Part shown: positions 53,574-64,000 of the stretch, in pieces | How positions within the stretch are numbered: position 1 is the first letter of the stretch | Layout: every line of letters starts with the position of its first letter | Source: Octopus vulgaris | Taxonomy: Eukaryota | Reading direction: 5' to 3' | Length of the DNA: 64,000 nt | NCBI GenBank assembly: GCA_951406725.2 | Contig: OX597814.1 | Location: 194,556,001 to 194,620,000, forward strand | Program-made: the position numbers and the translations under genes | The notes under the pieces: model-generated | What the model was told of the DNA's origin: nothing | Seen by the model: only the letters and a program-made list of their open reading frames with translations | Databases searched by the model: none

Positions 53574-53627
53574 ATTGTCTCTGATGAAGGGATATCCCTA
53601 ATATCCCAGAAACAGCTGTAAGACTAT
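53574..53627 (+). ncRNA. Type I minimal hammerhead ribozyme
   Basis: gtct-CTGATGA(53581-53587)-a-gggatat(cccta)atatccc-a-GAAA-cagctGTA-agac; palindromic ACAGCTGT stem III; predicted cleavage after 53620. Confidence 0.85.
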
Positions 53628-54043
53628 TTTTTTCTTTATAAATGTCCTATAAATTCAACACAGCCTTGGCTTTGTTGTCTCATTTTATTTAACACGCATA
53701 CACACATATGGGTAATCTTTAACTGAACGTGGAAGACTTGGTAGAACAGCAAATATTGCGTTTTTAGCCTAGAGAGATCATCTCAAGCACACAGTACATA
53801 AAAGCGCAGGCATAAATCGTTGCAGACGAGAACCGTCTCTTTATGGGACCTGGAACATCCATATCACGTGATTTCAGTCAACTGGACATCATCAGTGGGA
53901 AGCGAATACAGACAGCGAACCCAACAAATCTCGCTGCCTCGATATGTAGAATATCGACATCTTTTCAGACACTGGTGTTGCAAATGGCCAGCAGGCTTTG
54001 CGAAGACCTGTTGAGGGAAGTGAAATCGAAATCAAATTCGATG

Positions 54044-54440
54044 AGTGGCATCCGTGCTAGCGGGACGCAAAGAGCACCATACGAGCGTGATTGTTGCCAA
54101 AGCGGCTAACTGGTTCCATGCCGGTGGCACGTAAAAGGCACCATTCGAGCGTGATCGTTACCAACGTCGCCTTACTAGCACTTCTGTCGGTGGCACGTAA
54201 AAAACACCATTTAAGTGTGGCCGTTGCCAGTACCGCCTGACTGGCCCCCGTGCCGGTGGCACGTAAATGCACCCACTACACTCTCGGAGTGGTTGGCGTT
54301 AGGAAGGGCATCCAGCTGTAGAAACTCTGCCAGATCAAAATTGGAGCCTGGTGCAGCCATCTGGTTCGCCAGCCCTCAGTCAAATCGTCCAACCCATGCT
54401 AGCATGGAAAGCGGACGTTAAACGATGATGATTATGATGA
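54044..54440 (+). mobile_element. RTE-tail retroposon family with (GAT)n 3' end
   Basis: Internal ggtggcacgtaaaagcacc repeats and a gcggacgttaaacgatgatgat tail. Related pieces at 1-47, 3181-3500, 5540-5640, 8840-9005. Confidence 0.75.
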
Positions 54441-57041
54441 TCAGTATTAATACCAAAAGATAATTTTTTATATCTAACTTAACGAAGTTATCTTGTTAGA
54501 ACGCCGAAAACTATATTATTAGCCTTGAGAGATCTTCCCATACAGACGCATGGTACATAAAAGCATAAGTATATGTCGTAGCACACGATAATATAATGAT
54601 TATTGGATATAAAAATTGTCTTTTGGTTCTACTAATACTGCTTCCATCGATAATAATTGATTCATCGAACGATTGTACGCACATAAGTCGAAATCGACGG
54701 CAGAGCTCGTCAAGGTCGATTGATAAGGAACAGAAAAGGCTCTGAGATTAAAAGGTTTGCTTCCCAGGCAAGTGGTTTCGCAACCAAAGCGGCGAGCTGG
54801 CAGAAACGTTAGCACGTCGGGTGAAATGCGTAGTGGTATTTCGTCTGCCGTTACGTTCTTAGTTCAAATTCCGCCGAGGTCGACTTTGCCTTTCATCCTT
54901 TCGGAGTCGATTAAATAAGTACCAGTTACGCACTGGGGTCAATGTAATCGACTTAATCTGTTTGTCTGTCCTTGTTTGTCCCCTCTGTGTCTAGCTACTT
55001 GTGGGCAATAAAGAAATAAATAAGTGGTTTCGATTTCTGTTCCCACTGCCGGCCAACGCCATGTGTGTGAATTTATTAAACGGAAACTATATGGATGCCC
55101 GTCGTGTGTGCATATTTGAGTATGTGTGCGCGCGCGTCTTTCTGATTACTCTCAACCCCCACTGCCTTGCAACCGGTGTTGGTTTGTTTACGTCCCCGTA
55201 ACTTAGTGATTTGACAAAAGAATCCGTTAGAATAATAACCAAAGTTTTTTTTTAAAAAAGTAAGTACTGACAGTCGTTTTGATGAGCCACACCCTTCGAG
55301 GCAGTGCTCCAGTATGGCTGCAGTCAAATGATCGAATCGAATAAAAGAAGAACGACAGAATATCCCTGATGAGAGGCAAGCGAGATTTGAAACAACATAT
55401 CCTTTTCAATACACGATATAGGCACAGGTGTAGTGAGAATTTACAAAAAACAAAAACAAAAGACGAAGACGGTTGTGTAAACAACAAACAGATGTAACTG
55501 CGCGGTAAGAGGCTTGCTTCCCAACCCCATGCTTCCGGGTTCAATCCCACGGCATGGCACCTTGGGTGAGTGTTTTCTGCTACAGTCACAGGTCGACCAA
55601 AACTGTGTGAGTAGATCTAGTTGACAGAAACTGAAAGAAACCTTCTGTATATATAGGCGTGGTTGTCTGATAAGAAGCTTGCTTCCCAACCACATGGTTC
55701 CGGGTTCAGTCTCACTGTGTGGTACCTTGGGCAAGCGTCTTCTACAATAGCCTCGGGCCGACCAAAGCCTTGTAAGTGGATTTGGTGGTGGTGGTGGTGG
55801 TGACGGTAGTGTTTGCGGTGTTTGTGGTGGTGGTGGTGGTAGCGGCAGCAGCAGTGGAGGAAGAGTACAGCTATCAGCCGAATCCATTGTAAAAATCAAC
55901 CCACCAGATTTCTTAACGAAAGAAGGTAAGATTTGTTTTCTCGCTGTGGTTTCAATTGCGAAACAGGTAGTATGGAAGACAAGGATGAAAGGGATGATAA
56001 CAGGCGACTTCATCTCTGGTTCAGGTCTGGTGGAATATTTTAAATTCCACCTGAAAAGACATATAGAACCAGAGAGGAGGAGCCTGAGCAAGAAAAGTGT
56101 TTGATGAAAGGTGGAAAAATGTGGTGAGTAAAAGATCCCTCACAAATACGAGATAGGTCGTAAAAAAGGAAAAAACATAAGGTTAAGTGTCGTGGCGGGG
56201 AGCGAGGGGTCCGTAGACCCGCCCCACTACATTTTGTAAATTTGTCCATGTAATTTGTTTAACCATACGAACTATTATTCACCATTCAATTTTAATCGAC
56301 CCCACAAACGCATATTATTGTTTTAATCATTCGTGATTGTTTTGTACGTTCTATGTCGCCCCTAGTGGGTAATAAAGAAATAAGCAGTAGTAATAATAGA
56401 AGTAAATACAGCTATCAAAGAAATCCAAGTATGGCATATTATTACCGTTGCAAGTCGGTGCACATTACCGGCAGGGTAAAAGCGGTGGGGTGGAGTATAC
56501 GCAATTTGAAAGTGAGCAACATCAGTTTACACAAAGGGAACAGAGTAATTAAAGTAATGTATACAGTATGAAATATCACCCTGTTGCATTTTGGTACGCA
56601 TTACTAGTAGAGTAACTGGATATGGTGGCGTTGGCCTGACCACGTGCTCTATGAAACTCTTCCACTGTGGGTGACTGCATCGTAGGCACATTTGCATTAG
56701 CACATTCGTGTTTTAGCTGAGTGTTTATTGCAATATTAATCTATATCACTCTTTCACTTGTTTCAGTCATTTGACTGAGGCCATGTCGGAGCACCGCCTT
56801 TAGTCGAGCAAATCGACCCCGGGACTTAATTATTTGTAAGCCTAGTACATATTCTATCGGTCTCTCGGTCTCTTTTGCCGAATCGCTAAGTTACGGAGAC
56901 GTAAACATACCAGCATGTATTGTCAAGCGATGGTGGGGGTACAAACACAGACACACAAACATACATACATACATACATCATACATACATACATACATACA
57001 TACATACATACATACATACATACATACATACATACATACAT

Positions 57042-57091
<50 letters not shown>

Positions 57092-57222
57092 ACATACACA
57101 CATACATACATACATACATACATACATACATACATACATACATACCGGAGTAAACACATAAATGTGAAACAAGGTGGAAAAAAGAGTACTCAAATACCAG
57201 TATATGCTTTATTTTGCTAGCA

Positions 57223-57269
57223 AAAACTGTCCGACGAACGGGAACGTGAAACTCAGAGTAACAGGTTTT
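57223..57269 (+). ncRNA. Hammerhead motif (CCGACGA core) in a ~155 bp insert inside a SINE microsatellite
   Basis: aaaactgt-CCGACGA-acg(ggaa)cgt-GAAA-ctcagaGTA-acag(g)tttt; all three stems can form. Confidence 0.65.
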
Positions 57270-57589
57270 GTTGAATTTTCTGCTGTTTTAAATAAAGTAT
57301 ATATATATATATACGATGGGCTTCTTTCGGTTTCCGTCTACCACTACCAAATCCACTCACAAGGCATTGCTCGGCCCGAGGCTATAGTAGAAGACACTTG
57401 CCCAAGGTTCCACACAGTGGTTCGTAAGCAAGCTACTTACCACACAGCTACTCATTCCTTGAATTCGCCTCCATGAACACTAATACTCACAACTGTCTGG
57501 TGAACGGTTACAAGAAACTGGCTAACGTTCCAGAAGCTTTTTTCGGCTTCAATAAAATGTGTGTGTGTGTGTGCAAACATACACCATAC

Positions 57590-57990
57590 TCTTTTTCTCT
57601 TTTACTTGTTTCAGTCATTTGACTGCGGCCATGCTGGAGCACTGCCTTTAGTCAAGCAAATCGACCCCGTGACTTATTTTTTGTAAGCCCAGTACTTATT
57701 CTATCGGTCTCTTTTGCCGAACCGCTAGGTGACGGGGATGTAAACACACCAGCATCGGTTGTCAAGCAATGCTAGGGGGACAAACACAGACACACAAACA
57801 TATACACACACACTTATATATATATACATATATACGACAGGCTTCTTTCAGTTTCCGTCTACCAAATCCACTCACAAGGCATTGGTCGGCCCGGGGCTAT
57901 AGCAGAAGACGATGCCACGCAGTGGGACTGAACCCGGAACCATGTGGTTGGTTAGCAAGCTACTTACCACACAGCCACTCCTGCGCCTAT
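57590..57990 (-). mobile_element. SINE family B
   Basis: Reverse complement of the family B sequence. Confidence 0.85.
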
Positions 57991-58439
57991 ACATGTATAC
58001 ATGTGTGTGTGTGTGTATGTATGCAAAAACGTGTCAAAGACGATAATAAATAATGTGACGGACGTATGTACAGATAGACGGATAGATACACATATAAAAT
58101 TATATAAATATATATATAAAACTATGACTATATGGATACAAATGGAGAGAGAAATATACAGATATACAGAAGAAGTAATAGATAGAAAGATAAATAAATA
58201 GATCAGAAAAATAAAATGAGATACTAACAGACAGACGGATACTTGGGCCAGACAGAAGACAGATACTAGAGTTAAAGAGATACATTGTGAAAAATTGCCT
58301 GATCGACTAGAAATATACTTTTGCTGGAGTTAGCAAAATGAAACAGTATAATTTTCTTTTATTCTTTTAGTATGTTGATGTGTGTATATGTGTGTGTTTG
58401 TGTATACTTTCGTTGGCCACTTGCAGGCTTGTGTATGTA

Positions 58440-58470
<31 letters not shown>

Positions 58471-58849
58471 ATGTATGTATGTATGTATGTATGTATGTAT
58501 GTATGTATGCATGCATGCATGCATGCATGCATGCATGCATGCATGCATGTATGTATGTATCATTTAGCTTCTAATTGGACTGAGGCCATGCTGGGGCACA
58601 GATTTAGCCGAAGAAATAAGACTCCAGTAGTTATATTTTAAGTTCATTATTTATTCTGTCGATTTGTTTTCGAACCGCTAAGTTACGAGGACGTAAACGA
58701 ACCAACACTGGTTGTCAAGTAATGGGAGCGGAACAAACACAGACACACACACGCACGCACACACATAAACTGTCGTCTAAATTAGGCAAAAATGAAAATA
58801 ACACTGACATCTCATTTTAACATATATTTACCAAAATTACATAAAAATA

Positions 58850-59268
58850 GGATCTTTTCGGTTTGAGCGGCTGTTTTTTAAAATAATTTCTTTGTAACTA
58901 AACACTTTTAAACTTCGTATACTGGTAGAATGTGTTTATAAAACATCTTTTTCTCTTGGCTTTATTGAGAAAATTCTATAGTTTGTAAGATATTTGTTCT
59001 TTAATTTCTCGCATTTCGGCAATTTCATCCAAATTATTGTTGACAACGATCCGGAGATATTGGATTCATCTCAATAGTCGTCATTGATTGGTTGAAATTG
59101 CCGAAATGCAAGAAATTAAAGAACAAATAGCTCACAAACTACATAATTTTCTCAAGAAAGCCAAGAGAAAAAGATGTTTTATAAACAAATTCTACCAGTA
59201 TACGAAGTTTAAAAGTGTTTAGTTACAAAGAAATTATTTTAAAAATCTGCCGGTTAAAGCGAAAAGAT
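58850..59268. mobile_element. GGATC-TIR MITE, palindromic, at the 3' end of the maT relic
   Basis: Inverted ~180 bp arms; right terminal CC is missing. Confidence 0.8.
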
Positions 59269-59279
59269 ATTTTTAATAT

Positions 59280-60050
59280 CTTGAAATACAAAAGAGTTCT
59301 ACAAAATCGCCATTGGCTTCAACCACGGCCTCCAGACGAATTCAAGATTTCCTGCAACTCTTCTGAGGGCCGGTCTGCTTGTTTAAGTTGGTGAATGTTG
59401 CCATAATTCTTGCCTTCAGTTCATTTTTGGTGTACAAGGAGTTTTGTTGGTCTCTCGCTCAACTGCGCTCCACACATAATAATTAGGGGGAGGGGTGCAG
59501 TCTGAGGAGTTAGGTGGCCAGGTGTTAGGGGTGATGTGGTTGCAAAAATTGTCTGATAGCCATGCCTGGCTTCTCCTGCTTGTGTGGCATGGTGCAGAGT
59601 CCTGTTGCCAGACACAGGGCTTCTAGCATCCACCCTCTTGAGCCAGGGCACCACTACCTCCGCCAGGCACTTGATGTAGGCCTCCGTGTTGAGTCTGAGG
59701 TCGTGTGGGAAGATGAATGGAGGCATAACGTCGCCATCACTAGTGATCACTCCAAACTCCATGATGTTATTGGATGTTTGATTTCTATCACTTTCGGTAC
59801 ATGTCCTCATATTGCACTGTCCTTAGATTGACACCCAAACACTCTGAAATGTTCGTGTTGGAGCCTCCAGTGCGAATGCTAAGCAGTACAGCATATTTCT
59901 GACAGAATGAATTGCGTCATGGTGCTATTTTTCTCTCAGGCGTATCCAATAGACCCTACTATACTGTGTAGTCGACAAAATCAAAACAAACAATACGCAA
60001 GCGCGAAATAAAAAAATATAAAATGGTGACAATTTACCCCTCGCATCTTG
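59280..60050 (-). pseudogene. Tc1/mariner maT (DD37D-like) transposon relic
   Basis: FGVITSDGDVMPPFIFP...LNTEAYIKCL, then frameshifted VWQQDSAPCH and WPPNSSDC..YYVW; TA-flanked end at 60050; internally deleted. Confidence 0.85.
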
Positions 60051-60061
60051 TATATATGTAT

Positions 60062-60169
<108 letters not shown>

Positions 60170-60217
60170 GGGGAAAAAGTCATGGTAGAAAATGCTAAAA
60201 TAATTTTATAAAAAAAA

Positions 60218-60260
60218 CATTTCAGTACCGGTTTCAGTCATTGAGACTTTTCAACTGTAA
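60218..60260 (-). ncRNA. Possible hammerhead variant (TTGAAAA core)
   Basis: Minus strand: ttacag-TTGAAAA-gtc(tcaat)gac-t-GAAA-ccgGTA-ctgaaa; register of core versus stem II is ambiguous. Confidence 0.4.
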
Positions 60261-60549
60261 GTATGGAAAACAATTAAATTTTGGAAAAATTAAAAGAAAA
60301 GTTTTTTAAAAGAATACTTGCATAGTGTTCAAATCCAAGTGGCATTTTCCTTGTTTCTGTCTGTCTCTGTCTCTCTTGTTAACTCTTGTGGGTTCGAGGT
60401 CGTACACACACACACACACACGACAACCTTCCACACAGTTTCTTTCAACCAAAATCATTCACAATGCATTGATCGTCTCACGGCTATAGTAGAACCGGAA
60501 ACTACGTGGTCGCGGAGAGAGCGTTTTAATCATATAGTCGTGTATGTAT

Positions 60550-60970
60550 ATATTTCTTTACTGCCCACAAGGGGCTAAACATAGGGGGGGGGACAAACAA
60601 CGACAGACAAATGGATTAAGTCGATTACATCGACCCCAGTGCGAAAATGGTACTTTATTTATCGACCCCGAAAGGATGAAAGGCAAAGTCGACCTCGGCG
60701 GAACTTGAACTTAGAACGTATCGACGGTCGAAATACTTATTTCTTTACTACCCACAAGGGGCTAAACACAGAGAGGACAAACAAGGACAGACAAAGGGAT
60801 TAAGTCGATTATATCGACCCCAGTGCGAAAATGGTACTTTATTTATCGACCCCGAAAGGATGAAAGGCAAAGTCGACCTCGGCGGAACTTGAACTCAGAA
60901 CGTAACGGCAGACGAAATACCGCTAAGCATATCGCCCGGCGCGCTAATGTTTCTGCCAGCTCGCCGCCTT
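60550..60970 (-). mobile_element. Tandem dimer of SINE family N
   Basis: Two near-identical units sharing the private variants cagtgcgaaaatggtac and gaacttgaac. Confidence 0.85.
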
Positions 60971-61647
60971 ATGCGTATGTATGTGTATAACAGTAAGATG
61001 TGCGTTAACAAGACAGAGAAGGCTGCTTGTGGCGATTCTTTTACTAGTTTTAACTCGGCAGCTGCAGTCATGCAGGGAACACCGCCATTAGAACTTAATT
61101 TCTGGATTTATCGCAATGAACTGGCGAAAGACAGATCTTGTTACAAATTTTGCTTAACCGTTATGTAATTACACAACTGACACGAGTTAGAAGTAAACAA
61201 AAGTTTGCATTGTGGATGACAGCTTTGATTGAGAATCTCTTGTCCAGTTCTGAAAGTAGTCTGTCACTAATTGTGTGGAAGAGGGAAGATGAATGATGCA
61301 AAGCTCATGCGTAAGAAAATTGTTAATGTGTGCGTGTGTATGTGTGAAAATTAAATACCTGACTTCCTCGATGACAAGTAAACTATCTAAAAATAATAGA
61401 AGGAAAGAGCATTTTTGTTTTTTTACAGGTATTTCGGATATATATACCTGTGTTGCAGTTGAACTAGATCACTGAAAATATAATTGAACGGGTTATCTGG
61501 ATTAAACTCTAACTCACCCTAGACGGTGGTGAATTTGACAGGTTATACAAACAAATTTTGAGTGCAAATTCCACAAGCAATAGGAAACGAACACGAAGCC
61601 CGCGGTTTTGATTCTTGATTACGAATCCGTTGGATATCTTCTACAAT

Positions 61648-61811
61648 TGGCGCAGGAGTGGCTGTGTGGTAAGTAGCTTGCTTATGAACCACATGGTTCT
61701 GGGTTCAGTTCCACTGCGTGGCACATTGGGCAAGTGTCTTCTACTATAGCTTCGGACCGACCAAAGCCTTGTGAGTGGATTTGGTAGACGGAAACTGAAA
61801 GAAGCCTGTCG

Positions 61812-61847
<36 letters not shown>

Positions 61848-62075
61848 CGTGTGTGTATACGTTTGTGTGTCTGTGCTTGTTCCCCCAACATTGCTTGACA
61901 ACCGATGCTGGTGTGTTTACGTCCCCGTAACTTAGCGGTTCAGCAAAAGAGACCGATAGAATAAGTTACTAGGCTTACAAAGAATAAGTCCTGGGGTTGA
62001 TTTGCTTGACTAAAAGCGATGCTCCAGCATGGCCGCAGTCAAATGACTGAAACAAGTTTTAAAGAGTAAAGAGTA
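61648..62075 (+). mobile_element. SINE family B, full length
   Basis: ggcgcaggagtggctgtgtgg head to aaagagtaaagag tail. Confidence 0.9.
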
Positions 62076-62775
62076 ATCGTAAGTATACATGTATATATAC
62101 ACACAACTGTAGAAGATGTATATATATATATTACTTAAAATATTAGAAATCAGTTACTTGATCAGCAACTTTCGTATAACTTTGCAAAGTACAGAGGTAT
62201 CTCAGCACTACTATATTCCGCCTCTGTACTGAGGCAAGTTCCATAATTCTACTAACAGCTGATGTATCCCCTAGGTAGCAGGTTGGGAATATTCTATAGA
62301 TGTGTAGGACAGGTGGGCTATAAAATGATGCACCAGTCGAATAAATAACCATGAACCAAAACCAACAAAACTATCAGAATGCAGTTGGTCAATTCTGTCG
62401 GGCTGCACCTTAAGAATTCTGTAGAAATTTTTTATGACTCTTTGACAAGAAAGGTGAAAGCTACTTCAGATAATTTTGTCGTCACTGAGGACATGCATTA
62501 ATGAGTTTAGATAAAACTGAGACCCAGCTGTCCTCTGCAGTTTTCTGTTGACCTTCTCCTCTTAGGTCTTTGCTTGTTGTACAGAGAATAGAAATAACAG
62601 TTGATAGTCAAGAGGTGCAATTTTAGAATGCATAGGGCCCCTATTACCTTTATAAATAACTCATTTCAAAGGCTTTAACTTTTTCCTCTGTTTCACATTC
62701 CAGTTTCTATGGTATTGAGTATGCTGTGACCGAATAACCATTGATGTAAACGTTCCTTATATGTACTATGATAAG

Positions 62776-63175
62776 AGGAGTGGCTGTGTGGTAAGTAGCT
62801 TGCTTGCCAACCACATGGTTCCGGGTTCAGTCCCACTGTGTGGTACCTTCGGCAAGTGTCTTCTACTATAGCCTCGGGCCGGCCAAAGCCTCGTGAGTGG
62901 ATTTGGTAGACGGAAACTGAAAGAAGCCCATCGTATATATGTATATATATATATGTGCGTATGTATATGTTTGTGTGTATGTGTTTGTTCCCCCAACATT
63001 GCTTGACAACCGATGCTGGTGTGTTTACGTCCCCGTAACTTAGTAGTTCGGCAAAAGAGACTGATAGAATAAGTACTAGGCTTACAAAGAATAAGTCCTG
63101 GGGTCGATTTGCTCGACCAAAGGCAGTGCTCCAGCATGGCCACAGTCACATGACTGAAACAAATAAAAGAGTAAA
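62776..63175 (+). mobile_element. SINE family B, full length
   Basis: Same head, core and tail as the other family B copies. Confidence 0.9.
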
Positions 63176-63384
63176 GGGTATTATGGTAGCTTCAGTGTGA
63201 TGGTCATTTCAAGGTATACTCTGGGGCACAAATTTCACTTGAGTCAGGCAGCCTTACTTAAGGACAGGATGGAAACTATAAAAGATGCCCTGAAGGAAGT
63301 TTCCCTTATCTTGAACTCTGTCTGGAAATCATACCTGGCAAGTCATCCCTCAGTATACACTTGAGAATCATACTCTAAACAGAC

Positions 63385-64000
63385 AAAAAAAAAATCTTAT
63401 TTTGGTGTCTGGAATGTTTGCATCTCTCTGTATGATTCTATTGCTGAAACAGAAAGACCTTTCCTGAAGAACAGCATATATTACCAAAATGCTCCTGTGC
63501 TATGAAATATCTTTGTGCACACATTCAAAGCTGTCTTCCTGATGAAAAGTCTAACTCAAAGACTGAGAATGGAAACACATTCCTCTAGGAAAGGGTTCCC
63601 ACAAGACTAAAGTCATACACACGTGTTGGTCTGGTTATCAAAAACAAGCTTTCTTTCAAAATTTCCTGTCACTGCATGTTCCAGTGGAGCATGACCAAAG
63701 GTTACTACATGATGACCATTAGTGTGCGTGGACCCATTCTGGATTCCTCAGAAGGCAGAAAAGAACAATTCTATACTGTTCCAGATAGAGTTCAAAAAAC
63801 CTTATATCTGATAAGCTGTCCTTTTTGAGTGACTTTCAGGTTTGTGTAGGCATGAATTCAACAATCTGGAACAATGTAATTTCAAATCATAGCATAGATA
63901 ACATGTATTCAAAAAAGTTCCAGCTTCTCTCCTTGTATGTAGAACATCAACTTTTCATCCCCAATACAATCTTCCAACTTCTGGTCAAGCAGAAAACAAC
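63385..64000 (+). pseudogene. Degraded RTE LINE AP-endonuclease region
   Basis: G.WNV start motif, LPDE..G.TF and GVG-like segments, FY...DF..VG..N.IF; many stops and frameshifts. Confidence 0.6.

Noticed and set aside
55441-56091. 216-aa ORF
   Set aside because: Runs through SINE B fragments and a (GGT)n repeat; no recognisable domain.
62766-63149. Recurrent SFSFRLPNPLTRLW ORFs
   Set aside because: Antisense translation of SINE family B, repeated wherever the SINE occurs.

Overview
Eukaryotic, AT-rich, repeat-dense genomic DNA. The SINE, MITE and microsatellite content suggests a coleoid cephalopod, probably Octopus (inference). Almost all ORF-track entries are microsatellite or SINE artefacts. 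The only supportable host gene is on the minus strand. Three (possibly four) small GT-AG exons at 8460-8621, 7328-7378 and 2186-2244 (plus a candidate at 9453-9507) splice in frame to give the start of an RGS3/PsGEF-type C2 domain, and the gene runs off the left edge. The rest is a nested patchwork of mobile DNA: at least four SINE families, MULE-like MITEs with 8-9 bp TSDs (several fully palindromic), hAT and Tc1/pogo MITEs, non-autonomous Helitrons (one exact head-to-tail dimer), a ~1 kb solo LTR, maT transposase and RTE LINE relics, and a 90-bp tandem array. The most unexpected signal is about nine minimal type-I hammerhead ribozyme motifs from several unrelated short elements, mostly beside (TA)n/(CA)n tracts. 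They show recurring non-canonical core features, and two of them form an inverted pair. All calls were made by eye; no searches or folding programs were run.
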